Positions 20,091-30,564 are shown, counted from the first letter of the stretch. The stretch is 64,000 nt of DNA from Myxococcota bacterium (GCA_036339465.1 JAYZAY010000056.1:24635-88634), one strand, 5' to 3'. Made by a program: numbers and translations. The notes: generated by a model not told the origin, from the letters alone.

Positions 20091-20447
20091 CGTTTCATCC
20101 TTTGGGTGGATTGAGAAGTCCCTTAGAACTTGTGTCGTGGGAAGTAAAGGGGGCCCTGGGGATCTTCAGCCCCATGGATATTTGTGCTCCGTTTGGGCAG
20201 GGATGAATGCACGAAAAGCCCACAAGGCGGGTAAGGTATCCAAAAATACAATAGCAGGACCTCGGGGGACGAAATCTCCGCGCGGGCATGGCTTTCTCAA
20301 CCTCGGCGGCGATAACGTTGAGTTTCGATTAGGTGTTGGCTGAGCAGATGGCTTGGGTGGTGCCGGTAATCTACGGTGCCATCAGGATTGGCTTGGGCGC
20401 CACGGTTTGGGGCTTCGACTTTTCTATGTGCGAGGGGTGAGGGCCCC

Positions 20448-20756
20448 TCAGTTGGTCACTGAATGAGCCTCTTGAATGGAATCAAAACACTCCCAGGCTA
20501 AGAGAACGGTAAGGACGACGCCGAGGAGGCGGAGATCTAGACTAAGATTCACATTTTCATAGGGCATGAGCCAAACGAGACTGGTGACGACGCCTAAACC
20601 TGTTCCGAGTATCCGGCGCTTCTTGCTCATGGATAACTGGTGACCGCATTGGGCACACGGCCATTGGGGTGTCACCCAGGCAGAAACCCACCGCTTCATC
20701 CAGGTGACTTGATGTTTACAATTTGGGCATCTTTTGTTTCCCAAGCCACTGATCAT
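20448..20756 (-). CDS. Small CxxC-x(n)-CxxC Zn-ribbon membrane protein
   Basis: CPNC...CAQC followed by two hydrophobic helices; start set at ATG 20756. Confidence 0.6.
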   Translation of the reverse strand: MISGLGNKRCPNCKHQVTWMKRWVSAWVTPQWPCAQCGHQLSMSKKRRILGTGLGVVTSLVWLMPYENVNLSLDLRLLGVVLTVLLAWECFDSIQEAHSVTN

Positions 20757-20835
20757 TGAAGGCCCCCCTGGTTGCATCGATTTTTCGGTAATTTGGGTGA
20801 AGACGCAAGTTTTAGGTTGGTTCATAGGGAGGGAA

Positions 20836-21639
20836 TTAAGTTTCGAGTCGGATGTGGTAGCCACTGTGTTTTCTTACGTTCAAAACTCGGTTGTCGGTGA
20901 ATAAAAGATATTGGCCTTTGATACCGCTCAAAACACCTTCGATTTCAGGAAGTTTATCAAAGCTTAGGCTTTTTACTTTCTCGGGGTAGGTGGCCACTGG
21001 AAAGTTGATTGAATATTGCTCACCTGTGGAGAATCCATATTCCCGAAGTTCTGGGGGGAGTTTCTCCAGGAGCGCATCTCGACGTTGTGGGAGGTTTTCC
21101 TCCAGATCCACTTGGTTTTTGAGCATCCGCTGCCAACTGGTTCTGTCGCTGACGAATTCCTTGAGGGCGACTTCGATGGTGCCAGCGAGATGACGGTTGG
21201 GGGTTTTGGCAATGGGTATGGCTCGCACCGCTCCCTGGTCGATCCAGCGTATGGGGACCTGGGTTTCGCGGGTAACGCCCACTTTAACCCCGCTCGAAAT
21301 GGCCAAGTACACGATATGGGGTTGCATATGGTGCGCCACTTCCCAATCGGCATCGCGACCTTGCCCCTCGTGGGCCCGGCAGAGTTCGGGTTTCATGATA
21401 CATTCTGCGGTTTCTGGTGAATTCAAGAGGCATGGATAGCAATAGCCTTGGGCGAATGATTTCTTGGTTTTTCGACCGCAGCCGACGCAGGTGATTTCGT
21501 CCATAAAGCTCAAGCGCAGGGTTTTGCCTATCAATGGGTTGACGTTAAACTCCTTAACGCCGAATCGCATGTGATATTGAACGGGGTTTTGATAGTCCAC
21601 CCGCATTTTTCGCCATTGCCCCTCTTCGATTACGTTCAT
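20836..21639 (-). CDS. DUF2797 domain protein
   Basis: CVGCGRKTKKSFAQGYCYPC, HIVYLA..SGVKVGVTR, RWIDQGA, GIKGQYL. Confidence 0.9.
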   Translation of the reverse strand: MNVIEEGQWRKMRVDYQNPVQYHMRFGVKEFNVNPLIGKTLRLSFMDEITCVGCGRKTKKSFAQGYCYPCLLNSPETAECIMKPELCRAHEGQGRDADWEVAHHMQPHIVYLAISSGVKVGVTRETQVPIRWIDQGAVRAIPIAKTPNRHLAGTIEVALKEFVSDRTSWQRMLKNQVDLEENLPQRRDALLEKLPPELREYGFSTGEQYSINFPVATYPEKVKSLSFDKLPEIEGVLSGIKGQYLLFTDNRVLNVRKHSGYHIRLET

Positions 21640-21743
21640 CTTGTTCCCTGCCTTTCTGAAGCCCTCCATATTAAGATGCAGATGGCTTGGAAAGACCTAT
21701 ATGTAAGGTGAGTCGCAGGATGGGGGATAGAGGGGGGGCGCTT

Positions 21744-22115
21744 TCACCAAATATCGCCCAGCTGGGTCTCTAAGTAGGTAAAAAGAGTTTCTTCGTTGGG
21801 ACTACCTGGAAGATCGTGGAAGTTCACGGCAATGGCGCTCCAATCCACTCGGATGAGGGTGCAATTGGCTGTGAATTCTCCGTTGGGGAAGAGGAGCCGA
21901 AGAACACCTTGTTGCTTGGCCAATTTGTCGCTGAGTTCGGTCCCTTCTTCAACCTGCAGGAGGGCGCCGCTCATACTTAAATCCAAGGAATTACCAATAA
22001 AGCGATGAGAACCGACTTCGAGGGCAAAAGGAATCTTGGTGTTAGTCCTTTCTCTTCGTCGCCGCCCGGGGCCTTCGTCTTTGTTTTTTTGGAATAATTT
22101 CTTAAACCAGGACAT
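21744..22115 (-). CDS. PilZ domain protein
   Basis: RRRRER and DLSMSG c-di-GMP-binding motifs; start ATG 22115. Confidence 0.85.
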   Translation of the reverse strand: MSWFKKLFQKNKDEGPGRRRRERTNTKIPFALEVGSHRFIGNSLDLSMSGALLQVEEGTELSDKLAKQQGVLRLLFPNGEFTANCTLIRVDWSAIAVNFHDLPGSPNEETLFTYLETQLGDIW

Positions 22116-22271
22116 GGGGAAGGGGCTCCTTGTACTTCCTTGATAGATTATATCGAACCCCGCCGCAGTGGAAGAGGATAGGGGGGACATTCTTTCACAA
22201 AATTTTTTGATCGCTATGGCGTGGGGATGTAAAAAAATGGGGGGTGGCGACTTTTTGTGTTTGGGGCGGGG

Positions 22272-23111
22272 CTAGGGGCTTCGACATAAAAGGGTGTTGA
22301 CCCGCTCGAGATCCGCGCCCCAGATGAAGCTCGCACTTCCAAAGGTTAGGGAAGCGGGTGCCAAACATTGGGATGCGTCCATGGTCTCACAGGCGGGGCT
22401 TGCGTTTTCACGGGTGAGTGGATCGGTGATGGTGCAGCATTGTCCATTGAGATAATTTGGGGTTCGTCCCCATCCCACTGCCTCAGCGGTATGCTCCACA
22501 GCGGGGTACCAACCCGAATCATCAAAATCAACGGCGGCCCAGTTATCGGGGATGCCAAAGTCGGTTACTTTGCAGGCAGTGAGGTTGTTGGCGCTACACC
22601 CAGCGGCCTCGGAATCTGTGGTGGGGCCGTAGAGAACCGTGTGGCATTTCCAGTTTTTTTGGGTGATTGTTCCGTCCGAAAAAGTTGCGATAAGACCGCC
22701 GTCCCCCAATTTTGGGCTGGTTGTTTGGGTGTATTCGTAGCCAGAGTCTGTGGCGAAGTCGCTGGCGAGAATACCATAGACGGGTTGGGTGTCTTTTGGA
22801 ATTTCAAATATTACTTGAACCGCTTGATGGGGGGTGAATTTTAAGGGGTCTACAAAGACTTGTGTCCCATTGACGAACAATTCGAAGTAGTTGTCGGCAT
22901 AGATGGTGGCAGTCACTGTTTGGGTATTGGTATTGTTTGAGGTTTGGCTGGGGGTTGAGGTTGATGTGGATGTTGGCGTGGAGGACGTGAGGCCTGTGTC
23001 GGTGTTTGGGGAAGTGTTTTCCGAATCGGTGGATGACGTGTTTTCCCCGCACGCCCCGATACCAAAGATGAGCGCGAAGATAAGTAAGGTGGGGTTGCGC
23101 AGGAGCACCAT
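22272..23111 (-). CDS. Hypothetical lipoprotein with Thr-rich linker and beta-sandwich-like domain
   Basis: Lipobox-like IGAC, S/T linker, YADNYFELFVNG, GDGGLIA, FDDSGW, FIWGADL. Confidence 0.75.
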   Translation of the reverse strand: MVLLRNPTLLIFALIFGIGACGENTSSTDSENTSPNTDTGLTSSTPTSTSTSTPSQTSNNTNTQTVTATIYADNYFELFVNGTQVFVDPLKFTPHQAVQVIFEIPKDTQPVYGILASDFATDSGYEYTQTTSPKLGDGGLIATFSDGTITQKNWKCHTVLYGPTTDSEAAGCSANNLTACKVTDFGIPDNWAAVDFDDSGWYPAVEHTAEAVGWGRTPNYLNGQCCTITDPLTRENASPACETMDASQCLAPASLTFGSASFIWGADLERVNTLLCRSP

Positions 23112-23442
23112 AGGGCGTTCCAATCTTTGATGCTTAACGCTTAGGCTGTGGGGATTTTTATCTTTTCTTACTTTGACTCGGCCGACGTTTGTGCTTTGGC
23201 TGCCCAAGTGTGGCTTTTTGTGTAGGGCTACAATCCTTGAGGGTGGCAGTGGTGTTGATTTTTTTCCCCGTCTATATGCTTCGGGGAAATTCTCAATTAA
23301 TTTTGCACTCATTTTCATATTTCCCCTTTGTGGTATGACTTGTAAAGGTGATCTTATCTTGGGAATCACCGAAGGGGAAAAAAGGTGCAAGGCTTACCAG
23401 TCCCGGCATTTATTTTTTAGCGATACATGATTTTGGACGATA

Positions 23443-24159
23443 TTGATGAAGAAGTTGAATTTGGGATTTGTATTGGTGATATTGGGGGCGTCTGCTTTGG
23501 GTTTTTCCCATGAGCTCAAAAGTAATACCGCTCGGGTGGAGCTTCGGGATAATCATTTAAGGGTGATATTGAATGTGGCTCTCTTGGATTGGCTAACCCA
23601 GGTTTTGCCGGGAAAGGCAGGCGAACCCGCTTCCTTTGAGGCTTCAGATATACCAGAGCGGTTGGATTTAGGGCGGAAGGTTCTTCAGGAGCAAACCCGG
23701 CTCGTGGTGAATGGACAACGGGCCGACATCAAAATCCTTGAATTTCCCAAAGTGGATGATGTGCGGGCGGTGATGGAGGGCTTTGTCCGACTGCGAGAGG
23801 CGGCCGTGCCCTTGCCCCACGCTTTCGGTTGGTATCAAATCCATTTGGAAGGCATTCCTCAAGGTGCGATCGTTAGAGATATCTCTACATCCTTTCCGCC
23901 CTCTTTGGGGTTTATGGGTGTGACTTTGGTGGAGCCTGTTTCTAAGTGGACTCAGCCCGGTGAAATGACGTCTTTTAAGGTTGATTTAAGGGAGGATGAG
24001 GTGCCTTCTTTTGGTCCTTTGGAGTGGACGGCTCTTTTGGGTGGTGGGTGGTTTTTGGGCTTTGGGTTCCTCCTTTTTTTGGTTGGGTTGGGGTGGAGAT
24101 GGTTCGGAGTTAAGGCTTATTCGAACCCGAAACCCGATGCGAGTTCCGTCGAATCTTGA
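23443..24159 (+). CDS. Hypothetical exported protein with C-terminal TM anchor
   Basis: Signal peptide followed by HEL; C-terminal hydrophobic helix. Confidence 0.7.
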   Translation: MMKKLNLGFVLVILGASALGFSHELKSNTARVELRDNHLRVILNVALLDWLTQVLPGKAGEPASFEASDIPERLDLGRKVLQEQTRLVVNGQRADIKILEFPKVDDVRAVMEGFVRLREAAVPLPHAFGWYQIHLEGIPQGAIVRDISTSFPPSLGFMGVTLVEPVSKWTQPGEMTSFKVDLREDEVPSFGPLEWTALLGGGWFLGFGFLLFLVGLGWRWFGVKAYSNPKPDASSVES

Positions 24160-24274
24160 ACGAAGGCGAATACCCGTTTTCCCTCAAATTAGGTTCAGGC
24201 TTGAGGCTTGAGCCGGATAACTTGCGAAGCCCACCCCTTTTGCGCTTAACTTTTGTTGAGGTAGCGCGAAGACC

Positions 24275-25330
24275 ATGGGCCACAATCCCAGTAAAAAGAA
24301 AAATTCAGTTGGGAAGGTCAAACATCCGTGGGAGCTTTTGGCCGACGATGCCATCTTGAATGTTCGACTGTGTGATTTAAAGCTTAAACTCAAAGGGAGT
24401 TGGCTAGAGCGACCAGTGGAAAATCTCCGCGGGGAGTTGGCTGATCGGGAATTGGTTCTGAAGCCGCATATTTGGCTTTCCGATGACTGGTTTTGCCCAG
24501 ATGGGACGACCGGTTTCGCGGCACCCTTTTTTCTTGCCCACCCCCGTCTGATTAAGCTCGAACGAAAGCATCTTTTGGAGGCAGAGGGAAGCAATTTTCC
24601 GTGGTGCATGAAACTGCTACGCCATGAGACGGGGCATGTGTTGCAAAATGCTTATCAGCTTCATCGCCGAAAAAAATGGCGAGAATTATTTGGTAAATCC
24701 AGCCTTCCTTATCCCACGACTTATCGCCCTCGCCCCCTCAGTAAAAATTACGTTTTGAATCTTTACAACTGGTACGCCCAGAGCCATCCCGCTGAGGATT
24801 TCGCAGAAACCTTTGCTGTGTGGTTGAAGCCCGGCCGAAAATGGAAGACTCGGTATAGGGGATGGCCAGCGATTCGGAAGCTTGAATATGTGGATGAGCT
24901 TATGGCTGAGTTGATGGGTGTGGGCCCCAAGAAACGCAGTCGAGCTCAGGTCGATCCCCTTTCGAAACTGAAGAAAACCTTGGGAGAGTATTTTTCGGAG
25001 AAACAGGCGAGATATGGAACCAGTCACCCTGATATCTACGACCGAGATTTGGTTCGCCTTTTTTCGAATGATTCGGCCCATGCCTCCCATGAAACTGCTT
25101 CTGCTTTTCTGCGGAGACATCGACGGGAAATTAGAAGGCAAGTCGCAAAATGGACGGGAGAATACGCCTTCACCATCGATCAAGTTTTTAACTATATGAT
25201 TGGCCGATCCCGGGAATTGGATTTGAAGATGGTGGGGTTGGAAAAGGAGGTGAGGGTGGATTTTGCAATTCTTCTCACCGTGAGGACCATGCAGTATCTG
25301 CATACGCGTAGGGAGAGGATACCGGTATGA
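24275..25330 (+). CDS. Putative zinc-binding metallopeptidase
   Basis: HETGH (HExxH), YAQSHPAEDFAETFAVWL. Confidence 0.9.
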   Translation: MGHNPSKKKNSVGKVKHPWELLADDAILNVRLCDLKLKLKGSWLERPVENLRGELADRELVLKPHIWLSDDWFCPDGTTGFAAPFFLAHPRLIKLERKHLLEAEGSNFPWCMKLLRHETGHVLQNAYQLHRRKKWRELFGKSSLPYPTTYRPRPLSKNYVLNLYNWYAQSHPAEDFAETFAVWLKPGRKWKTRYRGWPAIRKLEYVDELMAELMGVGPKKRSRAQVDPLSKLKKTLGEYFSEKQARYGTSHPDIYDRDLVRLFSNDSAHASHETASAFLRRHRREIRRQVAKWTGEYAFTIDQVFNYMIGRSRELDLKMVGLEKEVRVDFAILLTVRTMQYLHTRRERIPV

Positions 25331-26340
25331 AGCGAGAGCGGATCATGGTCTTGATGCATGAGGATTTGGTTCCCCCAGACCATGTGGAGGGACCGCGACC
25401 CACCAATGAGCCGGAATGGCAGACGGAATATGATGTGGTTTCGACCCTTCGAAGTAACGGTCATGAGGTCTTAAAACTCGGGATCAATGAAGAAATTGCC
25501 CCCATTCGCAGGGCGATTCAGTCATGGAAACCCACCCTGGCCTTTAATTTACTCGAGGAGTTTAGGGGCTCGTGTCTCTACGACCAACATGTGGTGTCCT
25601 ATCTTGAGCTTCTGCGCATGCCGTACAGTGGTTGTAATCCCCGGGGACTGACCATCGCTCGTGATAAGGCCCTTTCTAAGAAAATCCTGAATTATCACCG
25701 TGTGGCAGTTCCTAAATTTTTTGTGGTTCCCATGGGGAGAAAAATACGACTTCCGAAACATTTGGATTTTCCCTTGATCGTGAAATCTTTGGTGGCGGAT
25801 GCCTCGCTTGGAATCGCCCAGGCTTCGGTGGTGGACAGCTTTGACAAACTCCAGGAGCGGGTTGAGTTTATTCACACCCGCTTGGAAACCGATGCGATTG
25901 TAGAGGAATATATCGATGGTCGAGAGCTCTATGTGGGGGTGATGGGGAATTCCCGTTTGACGCTGCTTCCCACTTGGGAGCTTAATCTGCAAAACCTACC
26001 TTCGGGCGCCAATCGTATTGCCACGGAAAAAGTTAAGTGGGATCCCGGTTACCGGAAAAAGCATAAGATTGTTTGGCAAAAGGCCGAACTCGATGGCGAT
26101 GTGGATAATCGCATCAAGAAATTGAGTGGACGGATCTATCGACGGTTGGGGCTAAGTGGTTATGCGCGACTCGATTTTCGGCTCTCCGCTACAGGCCACC
26201 CCTACCTCATTGAAGCCAACCCCAACCCCGACATCAGTAGGAATGGCGAGTTTGCTGAGTCAGCGGCTGTCCATGGGGTGAATTATTCCGAATTGCTGAA
26301 CCGCTTGGTGCGCAAAAGCGTGAAACGACGCGTTGTCTAA
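25327..26340 (+). CDS. ATP-grasp ligase, D-Ala-D-Ala-ligase-like
   Basis: DKALSK, FPLIVK, ASLGI, EEYIDGRE, YARLDFR, EANPNP; 4-bp overlap with the peptidase gene. Confidence 0.92.
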   Translation: MKRERIMVLMHEDLVPPDHVEGPRPTNEPEWQTEYDVVSTLRSNGHEVLKLGINEEIAPIRRAIQSWKPTLAFNLLEEFRGSCLYDQHVVSYLELLRMPYSGCNPRGLTIARDKALSKKILNYHRVAVPKFFVVPMGRKIRLPKHLDFPLIVKSLVADASLGIAQASVVDSFDKLQERVEFIHTRLETDAIVEEYIDGRELYVGVMGNSRLTLLPTWELNLQNLPSGANRIATEKVKWDPGYRKKHKIVWQKAELDGDVDNRIKKLSGRIYRRLGLSGYARLDFRLSATGHPYLIEANPNPDISRNGEFAESAAVHGVNYSELLNRLVRKSVKRRVV

Positions 26341-26527
26341 GTTCTCTTGTGGTATTAAGACGGGTTATCGGCCTGGATTTTTCTGTTTATTTATCATTTT
26401 GGTTCGTCGGTGTTTATCTCGTTTTGTTTTAACCGGTTCGAATAACAGTGCTTTATTGTTTAAGTGGCCCTCCTTGGAACTTGATTTTGCCCCGTGGTTC
26501 TAGAAATCACCCGGCCCTCTGAGTTCA

Positions 26528-26555
26528 CGCAACACCGCGGTTTTTCGGCCGATAA
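26528..26555 (+). promoter_or_regulatory. Candidate sigma-28-like promoter GCAA-N15-GCCGATAA
   Basis: Exact FliA -10 octamer GCCGATAA; motif shared with 8551-8578. Confidence 0.6.
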
Positions 26556-26592
26556 ATATCACGACTATCCCATTCCGAGGAAGCGAGAAGCC

Positions 26593-28860
26593 ATGCCAAG
26601 ATTCAATAACCAGCTTGCGAATACTACCCATCGAAACTCAAGTACCACTGGCCTTGCCTTGCCACGTCGTGAGAGCAGAGCCATTGGAGCTAAGATTTGG
26701 CCCCTAGGCGAAAATGATTCCTTTGAGAGTAACCCGCGTCGCCGTTCCATGCCTTCTCGCATTCCCGACGGTGGCCAAGTCATTCACGGCGCCTTGATTG
26801 GTGACATCCGAGCTGGAATTACCGAAAACTACGAGATCAATAACCTTGGCGATATGGATGGTGCCTTGGGCAATGACGTAGATTCCGAGATGGGTGTCTT
26901 CTCTAGTACCTTTCCTGAGGGCATTGACAATGCCAGTGACCAAACCAAGTATTCTGTTTTAATTCAAAACATCCAAGCACGATTTAAGTATGGTGGCTTC
27001 ACTTACGCCTACGACCGAGATACCGAAGGCGTGGCCGACTATTGGGCTACGCCCACTGAGACCTTAGGGGACAATGGCCGGGGTATTGATTGCGAAGATT
27101 TTGCTTTCATGGCCCAGGAATATGGTGAGCAGATGCAGGCGGAAATGGGGTTAGGGGGCGAGTTTCAGGTGCATGGTGGCTTGGTGGATGGTGATTCCAA
27201 TAGAGGCCACGCCATTTGTGTGTACCATGCTGAAGATGGCAACCAGTACGTCATTGATGGAACCTATTTTGAGTCGGGCCGTGGCGATGCCTCGCAAATT
27301 AGGACTCTTGCCGAATACACGGAAGATCGAAATTTTGAATGGTGGGAGGACCGAAATGGGAACCTCAAGGTTTTGACGACGTCCGATGATCCCGATGGTT
27401 CACGTTGGGTTTCCATTGGTCGTTATGCCCCCGACTATGACGACGAGTCTAAGCCCGTTGATGTCATCGAGGCAGAGCGTAATTTTGTGAATAAGCAACA
27501 TGCCATGGATGGCAAGGCCGATATTGAAGGTGAGTCAGTGGGTTTCAGAAATTTTGTGGGTTTCTTTACGGAGAGGCGGGAGTTTCTCGGCAATCTAACG
27601 CTGATGGAAGTGGGTGGAATTGTCGTCGGGCCGTTTACCATTCTGGCCGATGCTTTGAGCTTTAAGAGAGCCAAGAAAAAGGTTCAGAAGGACCAAGCTT
27701 TGAATGCTGCTCGAGATAAATTTGAGGTTTCCCATGGGGATGGAGACGAAAGTTATCATGGGGATAAGCGGAATATCGCGGCAACTAAGGGTATCCTAGA
27801 CACCGTGCGCTACGCGGCGTTCTTGGTGATTGTGGGTGGGGCGGGGGCTTTGGTGGCTCCGTTGGTGGCCATGGGTGTGACTGTGGTGCGTTGTGGTGTA
27901 GGCGCGGTGGAGTCCATGAAGACGGCTTTTAAGAAATTCACGCGCTACAATCGCCAAAAAAAGCAGATGTCTGCGGTGAACAAGACCATCGAAGCCTGTC
28001 CTCAGGATGCACAAAAAATTCTCAAAAGTAGAATTGACTATAAGATGAAAAAGAACTGGCTGAGCGGTTCTCGTATTTTTGGCGTTCTCAAAGCCCTCGC
28101 GTTTACTGGCTCTGGGGCCATGACTGCGGCATCCTTGGTAACGATTGCTGTGGCGAGTACGTTGGTGGTTGCCAACCCCTATCTGTTTGGGGTGACGCTT
28201 TCTTTCTTTGGGATCTTGGCCCTATTACGGTCGGGGGAGAGCATCCATAAGGGCTATTTGTTACGAAAGCATAAGGCCAGCATGATGCCCGAAAGCCAAA
28301 CCCTAATATCTCAGAGAATTGAAACCATCACCGGTTCTCAGTCTGGGGTGTTGGGTAAGATTGGGGCAGCGCTTAATCTCTTTGGTTGGGTGACGGACAT
28401 CGTAGATGATAAAACCCGTAACGCTTCATTGGTGGTGAAGGGCCTGGCTAAGACGCTCTTGGCTCCGTTCTACGCAATTGCCTACATCTTCGAGAGCAAA
28501 ACCTTTAATGAAGCGGATATTTGTCAGAGCATGAAAAGTCAATTCGAGCGGAAGGATATCTCAGAATGGGAGCGACTCTCTCTCTTGGAGACGGTAGCAA
28601 ACTACTACAAGATGACCCCTTTGGCCCTGTTGATGAAGTGGATCTCGCGAGACGAGATGAAGGAATTGTCCATTTATGCTTCGAATCAAGTGGTTCCGGA
28701 ATCGGCTGTGCCCAGAGCCTTCCTATACAATTGGAGAGCCGAGCGACAAGGAATCGGGCGCAATACGAAATTTGGCCCGAGCCAATTTCATCAATTGCGC
28801 AAATTCAAGACAGAACTGATTGATTTGTCCAAGGCAAAATTCGGTGGAGTTCCTGCCTAA
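26593..28860 (+). CDS. Transglutaminase-like Cys protease domain fused to a hydrophobic helical region
   Basis: YWATPTET...GIDCEDFA...GHAICV...YVIDG (C-H-D); several TM-like segments; no signal peptide; start ATG 26593. Confidence 0.75.
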   Translation: MPRFNNQLANTTHRNSSTTGLALPRRESRAIGAKIWPLGENDSFESNPRRRSMPSRIPDGGQVIHGALIGDIRAGITENYEINNLGDMDGALGNDVDSEMGVFSSTFPEGIDNASDQTKYSVLIQNIQARFKYGGFTYAYDRDTEGVADYWATPTETLGDNGRGIDCEDFAFMAQEYGEQMQAEMGLGGEFQVHGGLVDGDSNRGHAICVYHAEDGNQYVIDGTYFESGRGDASQIRTLAEYTEDRNFEWWEDRNGNLKVLTTSDDPDGSRWVSIGRYAPDYDDESKPVDVIEAERNFVNKQHAMDGKADIEGESVGFRNFVGFFTERREFLGNLTLMEVGGIVVGPFTILADALSFKRAKKKVQKDQALNAARDKFEVSHGDGDESYHGDKRNIAATKGILDTVRYAAFLVIVGGAGALVAPLVAMGVTVVRCGVGAVESMKTAFKKFTRYNRQKKQMSAVNKTIEACPQDAQKILKSRIDYKMKKNWLSGSRIFGVLKALAFTGSGAMTAASLVTIAVASTLVVANPYLFGVTLSFFGILALLRSGESIHKGYLLRKHKASMMPESQTLISQRIETITGSQSGVLGKIGAALNLFGWVTDIVDDKTRNASLVVKGLAKTLLAPFYAIAYIFESKTFNEADICQSMKSQFERKDISEWERLSLLETVANYYKMTPLALLMKWISRDEMKELSIYASNQVVPESAVPRAFLYNWRAERQGIGRNTKFGPSQFHQLRKFKTELIDLSKAKFGGVPA

Positions 28861-28895
28861 GGGGTTTTGTCTCAAGGTGTGGATTTGGATGAATC

Positions 28896-29603
28896 TCAGT
28901 GTAGGTTGAAATGAAGGGATTGATCTCGGACCCAGATGTTTACAATCCATTTTTCCGTTTCCGTTTGGAGTTGTGACCCTTCGTGGAGCATTCGTCGGTC
29001 AAGGTTACCTTGGCTATCTGTGTTTTTGAAGAAGAGGGCTGAACCCTTCTGAGGTTGTATGGAGATGCCCAACTCTGGAAATACCGTATCACCCGAAGAT
29101 CTGGGGAGATCATTGAGATAAACGATAAGGGTGAAGAGGCGTTGTCCACGTTGTTTCAATTTTGGGTAACGCTCGAAATCAAATGCATCGTAATGGGGTC
29201 CGTAGGCTTCGCCTTTTTGGTATCGAACCACCTGTAATCCTTCAATGTGCGACATGGGTAAACCAGTGACCACGGACGCCTTTTTCCGAATGATACTCAA
29301 CACCGGATTCAATTTGAAACCCACGAGCATGGCGCTGGACGTGGTGCGCAGGGATGCTTGCTCTGCTTTTTGCCTTTTTTCGGTGATGACCCGTGATCTT
29401 CTGAGACGTGGTTTGGCCATCCTTTTTAGGGAGGTGATGTCTGAGTCATCGAGAAAATTCTTGATGGTGACGATTTGAGGGGTCTTGGTCACAATTTCAC
29501 GACTATTTTCTTCGGAAAAACGTCGTAAGGCCTTTCGGATGGTGTAGAAACGCCATCCGAAAAAAGCACCAATCAAAAGCATTTCGACGAGAACCAGGGT
29601 CAT
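28896..29603 (-). CDS. 2OG-Fe(II) oxygenase, prolyl 4-hydroxylase-like
   Basis: LQVVRY, HYD, GQRLFTLIVYLND, LHEG, KW; N-terminal TM. Confidence 0.92.
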   Translation of the reverse strand: MTLVLVEMLLIGAFFGWRFYTIRKALRRFSEENSREIVTKTPQIVTIKNFLDDSDITSLKRMAKPRLRRSRVITEKRQKAEQASLRTTSSAMLVGFKLNPVLSIIRKKASVVTGLPMSHIEGLQVVRYQKGEAYGPHYDAFDFERYPKLKQRGQRLFTLIVYLNDLPRSSGDTVFPELGISIQPQKGSALFFKNTDSQGNLDRRMLHEGSQLQTETEKWIVNIWVRDQSLHFNLH

Positions 29604-29790
29604 TTGGGTAGGAGACTACAGCGTCGGGATGCCCGGATGCAAGGGGCTAAGGGGAAGGCAACGGTGTGACACGTTTTACGCCGGATTTCGTGAACTGGGC
29701 CAGCCTAAAAATCAAAAAAATTAGACCAACAAAAATTTTCGGAGAGAGAATGCTCTGGCTCGTAGAGGCTCCTTGGGAAGATAATTTTTC

Positions 29791-30354
29791 TTAGGGTTGA
29801 GTGGATTTTCCGTCTTGGCAGCTGGTGGGTTCGGTTGAGGGGGTGGAGGTGTTGAGTCTCAGGCTCTCAATAGCAGGGATGGGGCCGAGGCAAGTGTTTT
29901 GATGGCAGGCGATACAGTTGTTGATGGTGGCATTGAAGTATTGGGCATGATTGCTTTTGGCGCTGCGAAGGGCGTCGTAGCTACGGAGGAAATGCTTTGC
30001 CATCTTGTCATACCACGGGGTGCGGGTTCCTTCGGTGGTGGGCCAGGTGCAACGTATTTTTTCGTAGCTTCCGACAAAGGTTGGTGTGGTGTTTTGGGAA
30101 AATGAAGTTTTTGCTTGCCTGAGTTCTGTGAGCATCCGGCGCATCAAAACTGCCAGTTCGCTGCTTCCGTTGGGGTTGTAGGGAGTCTTGATGAGGTTGG
30201 TGGGACTTCCGAGAATACCGGGGGTCAAAGGTGTGCGATAGTCACAGGCGCGGTTTTGTTTGGCAGGCGCGTCGGTTGACGTGGCGCTTGTAAAGGAAGG
30301 TGTGATCAGCAAGACAAAGCAAAGAGCCGCTAGAAGAAGGCGATGATGTTTCAT
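29791..30354 (-). CDS. Exported monoheme c-type cytochrome-like protein
   Basis: Signal peptide, NPNGSSELA, CIACH near the C-terminus; AGGAGA RBS. Confidence 0.7.
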   Translation of the reverse strand: MKHHRLLLAALCFVLLITPSFTSATSTDAPAKQNRACDYRTPLTPGILGSPTNLIKTPYNPNGSSELAVLMRRMLTELRQAKTSFSQNTTPTFVGSYEKIRCTWPTTEGTRTPWYDKMAKHFLRSYDALRSAKSNHAQYFNATINNCIACHQNTCLGPIPAIESLRLNTSTPSTEPTSCQDGKSTQP

Positions 30355-30564
30355 GCTAAGTCTCCTAATTTTATTACACACCATGGTTCTCAAGTGTCTC
30401 TTTCTTCCCGAGCACCCAGGCCAGAGAGAGGACGTGCATTCTTTGTGTTTCTTTGGCCATACCCCTGCTTTTATCTCTCATTCTAAGAATAAGAAAACAA
30501 AAAAATACCTGTTTCTCAATGGGATGGCTCTAGATGCTTCTTTGAAGCGCGCAAAAAAAGTATT

